From NCBI GenBank assembly GCA_902526965.1, contig CABZMT010000004.1, forward strand, positions 7,996-71,995: a stretch of DNA of 64,000 nt, read 5' to 3'. Position numbers and translations under genes: made by a program. Below are positions 38,177 to 49,565 of the stretch, one piece after another. The stretch is from an uncultured Alphaproteobacteria bacterium. GTDB taxonomy: Bacteria > Pseudomonadota > Alphaproteobacteria > HIMB59. How positions within the stretch are numbered: position 1 is the stretch's first letter; every line of letters begins with the position of its first letter. The notes below the pieces were generated by a model. The model saw only the letters and a program-made list of their open reading frames with translations, was not told the origin of the DNA and made no database searches.

Positions 38177-39122
38177 TGAAACACCACTCTCTCTTGGCGT
38201 AAAGGATTACCTTAAAAATAATATATCAACTAACGAAAAAATATTAATTTCAATTTCTTGTGGATTAGATAGTACTGTCCTCTTTGATTTGATTACGAAA
38301 TCAAAACATTTAAAAAAAAAAAATATATTCTATTTGATCTTTGATCACCAAAAAAGATCTGAGGGAAAATATGAAATTAAACAATTCATAAAGTTTTATA
38401 ATCTCCCAAATAAAAATCTATTTTTGAAGAGAGTTTCTCTTAAAAATAATAAAAAAGGTTTTCAGGAAAAATCTAGATTTAGAAGATATAATTTTCTATA
38501 CAACTTTTCAAAAAAAAGAAATATTGAAAATATATTTTTGGGTCATCATCTTGATGATCTCAATGAAACTTTCTTTATGAGGAAAATTCAACAATCTGGT
38601 GCAGTTGGCTTATCAAATATCTTTTTAGAAAAGTACAAAGATCTCAAATTACATCGCCCATTAAGTAAATACACAAAAAAACAAATTAAAAATTACGCTA
38701 ATAGGAATAAACTGATTTGGTTTGAAGATAGAACTAATCTAGAGTTAGAATTTACTAGAAACAAAATAAGACACTTTCTTTATTTAGGCAAACATTCCTC
38801 TATAATCAATCAAGAAAGATTTATTTTTTCAAAAGCGTTTTATATAAAATTTTTGTACAAGAATTTCTTCAAATACAAAAAAAATAAAACTTTTGAAATT
38901 GAAACAGAAAAATTCAATAATTTAACTGAAAATCTTAAATTCTTAGTAATACAGTCTTTTTATCATGAATATAGATTTTTATTTAAAAAACAAATTCGTG
39001 GTGAAAACATTAGAAATTTTATTAAAATATTAAATAGCAACATTCAAAATGGTAAAGAAAGATCAATATTTTCAGGAAAAATAGGTGTCTTAAATAAAAA
39101 AATCTATATAAATCTTACTTAG
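38169..39122 (+). CDS. tilS: tRNA(Ile)-lysidine synthetase
   Basis: SCGLDS PP-loop, [23 protein letters not shown]. Confidence 0.9.
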   Translation: MINETPLSLGVKDYLKNNISTNEKILISISCGLDSTVLFDLITKSKHLKKKNIFYLIFDHQKRSEGKYEIKQFIKFYNLPNKNLFLKRVSLKNNKKGFQEKSRFRRYNFLYNFSKKRNIENIFLGHHLDDLNETFFMRKIQQSGAVGLSNIFLEKYKDLKLHRPLSKYTKKQIKNYANRNKLIWFEDRTNLELEFTRNKIRHFLYLGKHSSIINQERFIFSKAFYIKFLYKNFFKYKKNKTFEIETEKFNNLTENLKFLVIQSFYHEYRFLFKKQIRGENIRNFIKILNSNIQNGKERSIFSGKIGVLNKKIYINLT

Positions 39123-39159
39123 TACTTTAAACGTAGGTAACACTAACTATATTAATATT

Positions 39160-41091
39160 ATGAAAAACTTCTCCAAAAATATATTTGTCTGGATTATTAT
39201 AAGCCTTATTTTACTTGGCTTATTTAATGTATTTAAGAATTCTCAAAGAGATTACTCCTCTGTCAATTACACATACTCGACTTTATTGGATAAAGCTCAA
39301 AATGGTGAGATAAAATCAGTTGAAATTCAAGGAAATAATATTTTTGGCCAAACTATGGATGGTGTTGATTTCACAACCTATGCCCCAAGAGACCCTAATC
39401 TTATTGAAACCCTTAGTGATAATGAAATAGCTATAAACGCGAAACCTGAACAATCTGGAATGCATCCTTTATTAAGTATATTTGTTTCTTGGTTTCCCAT
39501 GTTGTTGCTTATTGGTGTTTGGATATTTTTTATGCGCCAAATGCAATCAGGAAAAGGTGGCGGTGCATTAGGATTTGGAAGATCAAAAGCTAAATTATTA
39601 AATGAAAATAAACAAAAAGTTACTTTTAATGATGTTGCTGGAATTGATGAAGCTAAACAAGAACTAGAAGAAGTTGTTTCATTTTTAAAAGATCCTCATA
39701 AATTTCAAAGATTGGGTGCTAAAATCCCTAAGGGGGCACTTTTGGTTGGACCTCCTGGTACTGGTAAAACTCTTCTTGCCCGAGCTATTGCTGGTGAGGC
39801 TGGTGTTCCATTTTTTTCGATATCTGGGTCAGACTTTGTAGAAATGTTCGTTGGTGTAGGAGCCAGTAGGGTTAGAGATATGTTCGAACAAGGAAAGAAA
39901 AATGCACCATGTATTATATTTATTGATGAGATAGACGCAGTTGGAAGACATAGAGGAGCTGGATTAGGCGGTGGTAATGATGAAAGAGAGCAAACTTTAA
40001 ATCAACTATTGGTTGAAATGGATGGTTTTGAAGCAAATGAGGGTGTTATTATTGTAGCAGCAACCAATAGACCTGATGTACTTGATCCTGCTTTACTTCG
40101 ACCTGGAAGATTTGATAGGCAAGTTGTGGTTCCTGCTCCAGATATTATTGGAAGAGATAAAATATTAAAAGTTCATACAAGAAAAATTAAAATGGACAAG
40201 TCAGTAAAAACAATATCTATCGCTAGATCCACCCCTGGTTTTTCTGGTGCAGATTTAGCTAATATAGTAAATGAAGCTGCACTTATAGCAGCAAGGAAGA
40301 ATAAAAAAATTGTTACAATGGATGATTTTGAAGATGCCAAAGATAAAGTTATGCTTGGAACTCAAAATAAGTCAAAGATAATTTCAGATAGTGAGAAAGA
40401 GGTAATTGCTTACCATGAAGCAGGACATGCTTTAGCTAATCTTCATTGTAAACATGCAGACCCTATATACAAATCATCAATTATTCCAACAGGAAGAGCT
40501 CTTGGCTTTGTAATGAGTGTACCAGAACAAGATAAAGTCATTCATCGTAAAGATGAGTATCTTGATAAACTAGTTGTTACAGTCGCTGCAAGAATAGCCG
40601 AAGAGATTATATTTGGACCTGAAAAAATTGGTTCAGGGGCTGCCGGAGATATTCAACAAGTTACTAATCTAGCTAGAGCGATGGTTACACAAATGGGTTA
40701 TAGTGATAAGTTAGGAAGAGTTAGATATACCGGCAATCAAGAGGAAGTATTCTTAGGCCACTCAGTTACACAATCTAAAAATATTTCAGAAGAAACTGCA
40801 AGAATTATTGACAAAGAGGTCATAAGACTTGTTGAAGAAGCAGAATCTAAAGCAAGAAAAATTTTAGATGAAAATATTAAAGATCTTCATACTATAGCAA
40901 AAGGGCTTTTGGAATATGAAACATTAACTGGTGAGGAGATCAAAAATTTAATAAAAGGCATTAAACCTAAAAGAGACGATGACCTTTCTTCTGATAGTTC
41001 TAATGATAGTACAGATAATAAAAAAGAAGCTTCAAATAAGGGTCCTTTACCTTCTTTTACAAAAGATCAAAATTTTCCTCTTCCAAATTAA
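39160..41091 (+). CDS. ftsH: ATP-dependent zinc metalloprotease FtsH
   Basis: [29 protein letters not shown]. Confidence 0.98.
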   Translation: MKNFSKNIFVWIIISLILLGLFNVFKNSQRDYSSVNYTYSTLLDKAQNGEIKSVEIQGNNIFGQTMDGVDFTTYAPRDPNLIETLSDNEIAINAKPEQSGMHPLLSIFVSWFPMLLLIGVWIFFMRQMQSGKGGGALGFGRSKAKLLNENKQKVTFNDVAGIDEAKQELEEVVSFLKDPHKFQRLGAKIPKGALLVGPPGTGKTLLARAIAGEAGVPFFSISGSDFVEMFVGVGASRVRDMFEQGKKNAPCIIFIDEIDAVGRHRGAGLGGGNDEREQTLNQLLVEMDGFEANEGVIIVAATNRPDVLDPALLRPGRFDRQVVVPAPDIIGRDKILKVHTRKIKMDKSVKTISIARSTPGFSGADLANIVNEAALIAARKNKKIVTMDDFEDAKDKVMLGTQNKSKIISDSEKEVIAYHEAGHALANLHCKHADPIYKSSIIPTGRALGFVMSVPEQDKVIHRKDEYLDKLVVTVAARIAEEIIFGPEKIGSGAAGDIQQVTNLARAMVTQMGYSDKLGRVRYTGNQEEVFLGHSVTQSKNISEETARIIDKEVIRLVEEAESKARKILDENIKDLHTIAKGLLEYETLTGEEIKNLIKGIKPKRDDDLSSDSSNDSTDNKKEASNKGPLPSFTKDQNFPLPN

Positions 41092-41118
41092 CTTTAAGTC
41101 TAATATTAGATAACTCTA

Positions 41119-42471
41119 ATGAGATTATTTGGTACTGATGGTATTAGAGGTGAGGTAGGAAAATATCCCTTAACTGCTGAAAATGTTCTTAAATTAGCTA
41201 AAGCTTCATCGCTTGTTTTAAGAAAAAAAAATTCAATTTCAAGAGTTGTTATTAACAAAGACACAAGATTGTCAGGGTACATTTTCGAACCAGCTTTGGC
41301 ATCAGGTTTTATATCAATGGGGATAGATGTAATTTTAGTAGGGCCTTTACCTACACCTGCTTTAACAGTATTAGGTAAGTCACTTAGATCAGACTTTTCT
41401 GTAATGATCACGGCTTCTCATAATCCATATAAAGATAATGGATTGAAATTCTTTTCAGGACAAGGTCTAAAAATTTCTCATGAAGATGAAAATAAAATAG
41501 AAGATTTATTTTTTAATTATGACTTTGATAATTTTAAAATAAAACCGTCAAATTATGGTAAAGCAATAAGACTCAAAAATGCTTTAGGGAGATATTCAGA
41601 GGCTCTTAAACAGAGTGCTGATAGAAATCTAAATTACAGTAAATTAAAAGTAACTTTAGATTGTGCAAATGGAGCTTCATATAAAGTAGCGCCAGAGGTT
41701 TTATTTGAGCTAGGTTTAGACCTTCACACTATTGGAAATAATCCCTCTGGCACAAACATCAATCAAAACTGTGGCTCTTTATTTCCGCTAAAAGCATCAA
41801 ATTTAGTAAAGAAAAAAAAATGTGATATTGGAATTTGTTTAGATGGAGATGGTGATCGAGTCGTAATTATTGATGAAAAGGGTAAGGTATTAAATGGAGA
41901 GGAGCTAATTTATATTCTTGCTAAATTTTATTTATCTGAAAATAAAATCAAAAAAGGATCAATAGTTGTAACAAATGAAATTGCAAATTATGGGCTTGAT
42001 ATTTCTCTAAAAAAATTAGGTTTAAAATTAAAAAGAGTAAAAGTAGGTGATAAAAATATTCTTAAACAAATAATCGATCACAAATACTTTTTTGGAGGTG
42101 AGCCATCTGGACATTTTATATTTAGAGATGACATCCTAATAGGAGATGGTATGACGACAGCCATTAGACTTTTAACCCTAATTCTTAAAAAAAACAAAAA
42201 GTTATCAGAGCTAAGAAAAGGTATTGATTTGCTTGAGGTTATAAATATAAATCAAAGGATAGATCGAGAAAAATTTTATTTATCTCAAGAAAGTATTTAT
42301 CAAAAACTAAATAAATTATGTAAAAACTTGAATATTTATTACAATATTCGTCCTTCTGGTACTGAGCCACTTTTAAGAGTGAACTTGCAATATGAGAAAA
42401 GAAATATAAAAGTAAGTATTCTGAATAAACTAAAAACACAAATAATTAAAGTAATCTCCGATGCTTGTTAA
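41119..42471 (+). CDS. glmM: Phosphoglucosamine mutase
   Basis: FGTDGIRG, TASHNP, DGDGDR, GGEPSGH, RPSGTEP. Confidence 0.95.
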   Translation: MRLFGTDGIRGEVGKYPLTAENVLKLAKASSLVLRKKNSISRVVINKDTRLSGYIFEPALASGFISMGIDVILVGPLPTPALTVLGKSLRSDFSVMITASHNPYKDNGLKFFSGQGLKISHEDENKIEDLFFNYDFDNFKIKPSNYGKAIRLKNALGRYSEALKQSADRNLNYSKLKVTLDCANGASYKVAPEVLFELGLDLHTIGNNPSGTNINQNCGSLFPLKASNLVKKKKCDIGICLDGDGDRVVIIDEKGKVLNGEELIYILAKFYLSENKIKKGSIVVTNEIANYGLDISLKKLGLKLKRVKVGDKNILKQIIDHKYFFGGEPSGHFIFRDDILIGDGMTTAIRLLTLILKKNKKLSELRKGIDLLEVININQRIDREKFYLSQESIYQKLNKLCKNLNIYYNIRPSGTEPLLRVNLQYEKRNIKVSILNKLKTQIIKVISDAC

Positions 42472-43165
42472 CTCTTTTGACACAAAATATGCTAAAACAG
42501 CTTTAAAATATGAAAGTCTAGATAACTCTTTTACTAAAATTCTTGGCTCTAATAGTAAATTTTCAAGAATTTTTACATCTGTAATTGAAAATAAATCTTT
42601 AAAATCTCTCTCTGAGGCCACCCTTCGATCAGATATTACAGGTCAAGTAATAAATACAATTTTGACACATGACTCAAATTCTAAACACTACCTTTATTAT
42701 ATGGGAGATGTCTTTAAAAAAAATAAAATGAATAATAATATTAAACAATTTAGACAACATGGTGTTGAAATTATAAACTTACCCAAAAATAAATCTTTCA
42801 AAGAAGTTTTAGAGATTTTAGATAAAATTTTGAAAAATATTCTTAAAAAAAACTATACTTACGTTTTTACTGACCCAAAAATTAGTAAGAACATAAATTA
42901 TCTTTTAGATAATAGTAGTCATAAAAATAATATTTCAAAATTTGTAAATATTTTTAAAAAAAATATTAAAGCTCCATTTGAACTGAATTTGGATAAAGAT
43001 TTTTTCTCTCAAGATTATCATCAGGATATTTTTTTTTATGTTTATTCAAATATTTCAAAAAAAATAATAGCCCAAGGTGGAGGCTATCAATATAAAAAAA
43101 ATATAAAAAAAGTAGAGGGATTTGGTTTTTCATGCAATGTTGATTACATTGCCGAATTAATTTAA
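42461..43165 (+). CDS. hisZ: Shortened ATP phosphoribosyltransferase regulatory subunit (HisZ-like)
   Basis: LRSDITGQV, YYMGDVF, FRQHGVEII, AQGGGY, GFGFS; directly upstream of purA. Confidence 0.65.
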   Translation: MLVNSFDTKYAKTALKYESLDNSFTKILGSNSKFSRIFTSVIENKSLKSLSEATLRSDITGQVINTILTHDSNSKHYLYYMGDVFKKNKMNNNIKQFRQHGVEIINLPKNKSFKEVLEILDKILKNILKKNYTYVFTDPKISKNINYLLDNSSHKNNISKFVNIFKKNIKAPFELNLDKDFFSQDYHQDIFFYVYSNISKKIIAQGGGYQYKKNIKKVEGFGFSCNVDYIAELI

Positions 43166-44418
43166 TGAATAAAGCAGTTATTGGACTTCAGTGGGGTGAT
43201 GAAGGTAAGGGTAAAATAGTTGACTATCTCTCTGAAGCTTTCGATTTAGTAGTAAGATACCAAGGTGGTAACAATGCCGGACATACAGTAATAGTTGATG
43301 ATACAACATATAAATTAAATCTTATCCCATCAGGTGTCATTCGAGGTAAAATCTGTTTTTTAGGTCAAGGCGTGGTGCTTGATCCTAATCATTTTTCTAA
43401 TGAGTATGATCAAATCAAAAAAAAAATTAATAATCCCAAGATATACCTTTCATCAAATATTTCTTTAATCTTAGATTATCACAAACAACTTGATAAAATA
43501 AATGAGTCAATTTTAAATACAGAAAAAAAAATTGGAACAACTTCAAAGGGTATAGGCCCTGCATATCAAGATAAAGTTGGAAGAAAAAGTATCAAACTTT
43601 ATGACTTAAAATCTAAAAAAATTATTGAAGAAAAAATGCATTCGATAAAGAAGTTTTATGACCCTATCTTAGAAAGTTTTAATGAGAATAAAATTAATAT
43701 AGAAAAAACAATACAAGACTTACTTAATTTTTATGATGTAGTCAATGAGCTAATTGTTGATAATTCTCAAATAAAAAAAGAATTTAAAAATAAAAAAATT
43801 TTATTTGAGGGTGCTCAAGGTGCATTACTTGACTTAGATCATGGATCATATCCTTTTGTAACTTCATCAAATACTGTTTCATCAAATATTGTCATTGGTT
43901 CAGCATTACAAGTTGATTATCAAACAGTTGGAATATTTAAAGCCTACGCAACCAGAGTTGGAAATGGTCCATTTCCATCTGAATTATTTGATGATATTGG
44001 TGATTATATAGCTGAAAAAGGTGTTGAGATTGGAACAGTAACAAAAAGAAAAAGAAGGTGTGGTTGGCTTGACCTAGTATCTTTAAAATATAGCTGTGAA
44101 ATAAACTGTGTAAATGAACTTTGTATGACTAAAGCTGATGTTTTAAATAATCTTTCAGAAATTAAAGTATGCAAAAGCTATAATTCAAAAAAATATGAAA
44201 ATGTAAATTTTAGTGAAAGCGATATTTTGGAGTCACTGTCCTTAGAAAATAGTGATTTTGAAGTATTCTCAACTTGGGGTGAGATTGAAGATTTAAGTAA
44301 CTTTGAAACACTCCCTGACAATCTAAAAAAATACATCTCTTATATTGAGAATTATTTGAACATCCCCATTAAAATTATTTCACTGGGACCTGAAAGAAAT
44401 CAAACAATTATAAGATAA
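43165..44418 (+). CDS. purA: Adenylosuccinate synthetase
   Basis: QWGDEGKGK, GGNNAGHT, EGAQG, RRCGWLD. Confidence 0.97.
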   Translation: MNKAVIGLQWGDEGKGKIVDYLSEAFDLVVRYQGGNNAGHTVIVDDTTYKLNLIPSGVIRGKICFLGQGVVLDPNHFSNEYDQIKKKINNPKIYLSSNISLILDYHKQLDKINESILNTEKKIGTTSKGIGPAYQDKVGRKSIKLYDLKSKKIIEEKMHSIKKFYDPILESFNENKINIEKTIQDLLNFYDVVNELIVDNSQIKKEFKNKKILFEGAQGALLDLDHGSYPFVTSSNTVSSNIVIGSALQVDYQTVGIFKAYATRVGNGPFPSELFDDIGDYIAEKGVEIGTVTKRKRRCGWLDLVSLKYSCEINCVNELCMTKADVLNNLSEIKVCKSYNSKKYENVNFSESDILESLSLENSDFEVFSTWGEIEDLSNFETLPDNLKKYISYIENYLNIPIKIISLGPERNQTIIR

Positions 44419-44419
44419 T

Positions 44420-45313
44420 TCAAGTTTCTGGTAAAAGTTTTTGGTCAGAGATTATTTTAATCTCATCTTGAAGTTTTTTTATAGCCTTATTTTCTATTTG
44501 CCTGACTCTTTCTCTACTGATTGAGTATTTCTGGCTCAAGTGCTCTAATGTTTTTGGCACTTCATTCAAACGTCTTGCAGTTAATATCTCTATCTCTCTA
44601 GGTTCGAGTTTTGTAACTGCTTGTTTATAAAGTGCTTTCCTTTTTTTTAATTCGTCACCTTTTTCAACTTTTGATACAGTGTCTATTGTTTCATCTTCTA
44701 CTTGATCTATCCACTCTGAGTCATTTTCCTCATTTAGAGGAGTGTTTAATGAGAAATCTTGATTAAAGACCCTGCCTTCCATTTGCCTTACTTCTTCTTG
44801 GGTTACCCCAAGATCATCCGATATAGATTTAATTTGATCATTAGTTAGGTAACCTTCTTCATATTTTTTAAGTTGATTTCTAAGACGTCGAAGATTAAAA
44901 AAAAGCTTTTTTTGAGCTGCCGTGGTCCCAATTTTAACGAGAGACCAACTGTGCAAAACATACTCTTGAATAGAGGCTCTAATCCACCATATAGCATACG
45001 TTGCTAGTCTAAACCCCTTTTCAGGATCAAATTTTCTTATAGCTTGAATAAGACCTAAATTACCCTCTGAAATTAAATCAAATAAAGGTAAGCCATATCC
45101 TTTGTAACCCATGGCTATTTTTGCAACTAGTCTCAAATGGCTAGTCACAAGTTTTTGAGCAGCTTTTGTATCACCATTTTTAAGCCAATCTAAAGCAAGT
45201 TTTTTTTCCTCTTCATCAGTTAAAATAGGAAACTGATTTATTTTTTTTAAATAAGGATAAACATCATTTTCAGAGGTAATGACAGGCAGTAAATTTTTAT
45301 TTTCTATATTCAT
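44420..45313 (-). CDS. rpoH: Heat-shock sigma factor RpoH
   Basis: RpoH box QKKLFFNLRR; regions 2 and 4 (SRERVRQIE). Confidence 0.95.
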   Translation of the reverse strand: MNIENKNLLPVITSENDVYPYLKKINQFPILTDEEEKKLALDWLKNGDTKAAQKLVTSHLRLVAKIAMGYKGYGLPLFDLISEGNLGLIQAIRKFDPEKGFRLATYAIWWIRASIQEYVLHSWSLVKIGTTAAQKKLFFNLRRLRNQLKKYEEGYLTNDQIKSISDDLGVTQEEVRQMEGRVFNQDFSLNTPLNEENDSEWIDQVEDETIDTVSKVEKGDELKKRKALYKQAVTKLEPREIEILTARRLNEVPKTLEHLSQKYSISRERVRQIENKAIKKLQDEIKIISDQKLLPET

Positions 45314-46059
45314 TGCAAATTATTGTTTAAATCTTTCATGTCATTAGGTAAATCACAAGTAATTATAATGTGTTTTTCTAAAATTGGATGATCAAATTCT
45401 ATCTTGTGTGAGTGTAACGCTTGCCTTGGAAATAATGAAACTAAATTTCTAAGATTATCAGTCATATTATTCAAACGAAATTTTTGCTCTTTATTAAAGC
45501 TGTAATCTTTATCCCCAATAATAGGGAGACCTAAGCTTAAAAGGTGAACTCTAATTTGATGGGTTCTACCTGTAATAATTTCACAATCTAAAAGACTTAT
45601 TGAACCGTGAAATGTCTTAATATTTGAGACTTTAGTAATTGCGTTTTTTCCAAGATTATCAGAAATTTTGAATTTGGTTCTCTGAACTTTGTTCCTTGTA
45701 ATATTTCTATTTACTTCGATGTTATTTTGGTTAAGAACACCATATGCAAAAGCTAAGTAATTTTTTTTTATATTTCTTTTTTTAAACATTTCTCTAAATT
45801 TAATTTTAGAAATAAGATTTTTTGTGATAACTATAATTCCACTTGTATCTTTATCTAGACGATGAACAATACCTTCTTTAAAGTTCTCACCATCATCTAT
45901 TTTAAATTGATCTTTTAGACTATCTTGCAAGCTAGGGCTCTCATCAAATTCATTTTTTTTGTGCGTAAGAAGTCCTGAGGGTTTATTTAATATTGCTATA
46001 TCACTATCCTCGTATAATATTTCTATTCTAAAGTCTTTATAGTTATATGATTTATTCAT
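45310..46059 (-). CDS. RluA/RluD family pseudouridine synthase without an S4 domain
   Basis: NKPSGL, HRLDKDTSG, TGRTHQIRVH, RQALHS. Confidence 0.9.
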   Translation of the reverse strand: MNKSYNYKDFRIEILYEDSDIAILNKPSGLLTHKKNEFDESPSLQDSLKDQFKIDDGENFKEGIVHRLDKDTSGIIVITKNLISKIKFREMFKKRNIKKNYLAFAYGVLNQNNIEVNRNITRNKVQRTKFKISDNLGKNAITKVSNIKTFHGSISLLDCEIITGRTHQIRVHLLSLGLPIIGDKDYSFNKEQKFRLNNMTDNLRNLVSLFPRQALHSHKIEFDHPILEKHIIITCDLPNDMKDLNNNLQ

Positions 46060-46066
46060 AGGATAT

Positions 46067-46342
46067 ATGTTAAAAAAAAAACTTTTATTAAGTCTCGTTA
46101 TTATTCAAGGTTTATTAATAATTGTAGGAATAATAGCAATTATTTTTGGTGTTTTCTATAAAATGAGCAATAACAATAATTCTAGAATTATAACCAATAA
46201 AAATATTGATTTGAATGATGTTTATTTAATAAATGAAAATCAATATCAGCAAAAGTTTATACATGATAACAGAGCAATTTTTCAAATTAAAGACATTGAA
46301 ACAAATAAAGTTTTGAAAGAAATAGTTATTGAAAAAAATTAA
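46067..46342 (+). CDS. Small single-TM hypothetical protein
   Basis: N-terminal hydrophobic helix; overlaps the murG start. Confidence 0.65.
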   Translation: MLKKKLLLSLVIIQGLLIIVGIIAIIFGVFYKMSNNNNSRIITNKNIDLNDVYLINENQYQQKFIHDNRAIFQIKDIETNKVLKEIVIEKN

Positions 46343-47330
46343 ATTTATAATTATCGCAGGGTCATCTGCAGGCCATATTCTACCCGCAATAAAATATCTT
46401 AATATTTTAAGTAATATAAAAGCACCAAATGAAATACTTTTTATTACAAATGAAATAGGAGAAAATTATTTAGAAAAAATTAAAAACGATAAAATAAATA
46501 AACTTACAGTAAGCTCTAAAAATAAATTTTACTTTATATTAAAGATATTTTTAAATGTATCAATATTATTTCTATTTAATAGAAAGTTAATCTTGATAGG
46601 TTTTGGTGGCTTTATTACAACACCTATATTGCTAATTTCAAAATTATTTAATATTATTTTCTTTTCTTCTAATAAAATTTATATTCATGAGCAAAATTTT
46701 ATTTATGGTTTAGCTAACAAAATAAATTATTTAATTGCAAAAAATGCATTCATTTCTTTTCCAAAAGTAAATATGCGAAGTAAAGAAATATTTGTTGGTA
46801 ATTTTTTCTTAGATATAAATAAACAAAGAGAAAAACTTGATGGTAAGTTTGTAAATGTTTTATTAATAGGTGGTAGTGCAGGTTCGTTAGAATTAAATAA
46901 TAAATTGTTAGAGGAAATAAAGCTTTTAGATAGGAAATATTTAGAAAAAATTAAATTTTTTATTCAAATACCAGACTCTCATATAAATATTTATAAAAAA
47001 AAATATGAAGATCTTTTAGAAAATGATAATTGCTCATTTTTTATTTTTAAAAAAAATCTTAATTTCAAAAAATATGATCTTATACTTTCTAGATCAGGTT
47101 CAGGTGCCATTAATGAAATTTTATATCATACTAATAATGTCTACTTTATGCCTCACTTAATATCTAGAGATCAACACCAAAAATTTAATTTAAGTTATTT
47201 TTTTTCTCAAAACATGAGTTTAAAAAAATTTCAGATACCTAATAAAAAAAATATTATAAGCCAGTTTTATTTCAATTCACTTATAAACCCTTATTCGATT
47301 GAAAAAATTATTTGTTACACCACTAGATGA
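46329..47330 (+). CDS. murG: MurG glycosyltransferase (divergent)
   Basis: AGHILPA, GFGGF, HEQN, GGSAGS, SRSG, HQKFN. Confidence 0.85.
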   Translation: MKKIKFIIIAGSSAGHILPAIKYLNILSNIKAPNEILFITNEIGENYLEKIKNDKINKLTVSSKNKFYFILKIFLNVSILFLFNRKLILIGFGGFITTPILLISKLFNIIFFSSNKIYIHEQNFIYGLANKINYLIAKNAFISFPKVNMRSKEIFVGNFFLDINKQREKLDGKFVNVLLIGGSAGSLELNNKLLEEIKLLDRKYLEKIKFFIQIPDSHINIYKKKYEDLLENDNCSFFIFKKNLNFKKYDLILSRSGSGAINEILYHTNNVYFMPHLISRDQHQKFNLSYFFSQNMSLKKFQIPNKKNIISQFYFNSLINPYSIEKIICYTTR

Positions 47331-48706
47331 AATTTTCAGAATTAACATCAAATAAAGTCCATATTATTGGAATTAACGGTATAGGTATGAGTGCTTTGGC
47401 TATTTATTTAAAAAAAAATAAAATAAATGTTACTGGAAGTGATATTGCACATAATGCAAATACTATAATTTTAGAAAAATATAAAATCCCAGTATTTATA
47501 GGTCACAAATCTTCAAATATTAAAGATAAAGATATAATATTTTATTCTTCAGCAATTAAAAATAATCCTGAAATAATAGAAGCAAAAAAAAATAAAATTC
47601 CCTGTTACAACAGATCTAAACTTCTACAGCTAATATGCAAAGATAAATTCACGATTGTTGTATCTGGTTCACATGGAAAAACTTCAACTACCTCTATTTT
47701 GGGACATTTGTTAGTTCGTGCAGGTCTAAACCCTACCATTATATCCGGCGGTATTATGCAAAATTTTGGACAAAATATATATCTTACTGACAGTAATTAT
47801 GTAGTCGTAGAAGCCGATGAGAGTGATGGGACAGTATTTAAATTAAGTCCAAAATATTTATTATTTTTAAACGTTGATAGAGAACATATTGATTTTTATA
47901 AATCCTACTCCAACTTTAAATCCAAAATCAAAAACTATATTCTAAGTCAAATTAAAAAAGACGTAAAAATTTTCATAAATAATGATGATAATTTCCTTTT
48001 TTCATTAAAAAAATATTCTAAAAATTTAAAAACATTTGGCTCAAATACAAATGCAAACTATAGTTATAAATTAATAAAGTTATCTGATCAAAAATCTTCG
48101 TTTAAAATTTATAAAGGTAAAAAAATTATATCAAAGAATTTAAGTACAAATTTATTAGGTGAACACAATGTACAAAATCTAACTGCAGTTTTATCAATAA
48201 TAGATGAGTTAGGATATGAAATAAAAAAATCTCATATCCTTGATTTTAAAGGGACTAAAAGAAGAATGAATATTCTTGGTAAATTAAAAAAAACTACTTT
48301 TATTGATGATTATGCGCATCATCCAACAGAAATAAATAAATTAATCAATATTATATCATTGTATAAAAAGAAAATTATTATTTTAATAATTGAACCTCAT
48401 AGATACTCTAGGTTAAATGATTTATATAAAGAATATTTGCATGTATTAAGGAATACCAATAACTTGATTATTTTAAAAACCTATGAGGCAGGCGAGAGTT
48501 ATAAACAAGGTATGAAAAATTCTAAAAACTTAGTGAATGATTTGAATGTTTTAAATAATCAAAAAACTAGATACATTGATAATTATAGTGATTTATTTAA
48601 TTTATTAGACCAATTTGTATTAAATAAAAGTGAAAGCATAGTTATAACTGCAGGGGCGGGAGATATTTCAAATCAAATTCGTTTTTTTTATGACTCAAGA
48701 AAATAA
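47327..48706 (+). CDS. murC: UDP-N-acetylmuramate-L-alanine ligase
   Basis: GINGIGMSALA, GSHGKTSTT, EADESD, DDYAHHPTE. Confidence 0.95.
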   Translation: MKFSELTSNKVHIIGINGIGMSALAIYLKKNKINVTGSDIAHNANTIILEKYKIPVFIGHKSSNIKDKDIIFYSSAIKNNPEIIEAKKNKIPCYNRSKLLQLICKDKFTIVVSGSHGKTSTTSILGHLLVRAGLNPTIISGGIMQNFGQNIYLTDSNYVVVEADESDGTVFKLSPKYLLFLNVDREHIDFYKSYSNFKSKIKNYILSQIKKDVKIFINNDDNFLFSLKKYSKNLKTFGSNTNANYSYKLIKLSDQKSSFKIYKGKKIISKNLSTNLLGEHNVQNLTAVLSIIDELGYEIKKSHILDFKGTKRRMNILGKLKKTTFIDDYAHHPTEINKLINIISLYKKKIIILIIEPHRYSRLNDLYKEYLHVLRNTNNLIILKTYEAGESYKQGMKNSKNLVNDLNVLNNQKTRYIDNYSDLFNLLDQFVLNKSESIVITAGAGDISNQIRFFYDSRK

Positions 48707-49565
48707 AAATTTAGTTACTAACTATCCATCAGCTAAATATTCTTGGTTAAAATCCGGTGGAAACATTAGCAATCTATATAAAATTTATAACCAAATCGAC
48801 TTAAGTAACTTATTTAGTAATATTGATTTCAAAGCTAAATCATTATTAGTGATAGGAAATCTTTCAAATACATTAATCAAAGATGAGGGTTTCAAAGGAA
48901 TAGGTATAAAACTTTTAGGTGATTTTACTAATATTCAAATTAATTCTGATCATATGTTAGTTGGAGCAGCAGTCTTAGATAATTACCTATCAAAATTTTG
49001 CTACCAAAATGCTATTTCAGGTTACGAGTTTCTATATACAATTCCGGGTTCGATTGGAGGAAATATATTCATGAATGCTGGTTGTTATAATCAGGAAATA
49101 AAAGATAAACTAATAAGTGTCATTTATTTTGATATCAAGGAAAATAAGATTTATGAAAAAACAATTAGTAAATTAAAATTCGAATACCGAAAGGGGTTTC
49201 AAAAAAAAAATACAATAATTTTATATGGAAAATTCAAGATTATTCATAGAAATCAGAGTTATATAAAAGATTTAATGCAGGAATATGAAAGAATTAGAAA
49301 CCAATCTCAGCCTCAAAAAGTAAATTGTTGTGGTAGTATTTTTAAGAATCCTAAAAATCATAGTGCTTGGAAACTAATCAAGTCGTCTATAGACGATAGC
49401 TTTTATAATGGTCCAATAAAATTATCAAAAACACATTCAAATTTTTTTGAAAATGAACCTAATATAAGTGCTAACAGCATAGATTTATTCATTTCTAAAA
49501 TTCAAAAAAGAGTAAAAGATAAATATAAAATTGTGCTTGAAAAAGAATTAAGAATCATAGATTGA
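48690..49565 (+). CDS. murB: UDP-N-acetylenolpyruvoylglucosamine reductase
   Basis: SN, IPGSIGG..MNAG, GSIFKNP, HSNF. Confidence 0.92.
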   Translation: MTQENKNLVTNYPSAKYSWLKSGGNISNLYKIYNQIDLSNLFSNIDFKAKSLLVIGNLSNTLIKDEGFKGIGIKLLGDFTNIQINSDHMLVGAAVLDNYLSKFCYQNAISGYEFLYTIPGSIGGNIFMNAGCYNQEIKDKLISVIYFDIKENKIYEKTISKLKFEYRKGFQKKNTIILYGKFKIIHRNQSYIKDLMQEYERIRNQSQPQKVNCCGSIFKNPKNHSAWKLIKSSIDDSFYNGPIKLSKTHSNFFENEPNISANSIDLFISKIQKRVKDKYKIVLEKELRIID

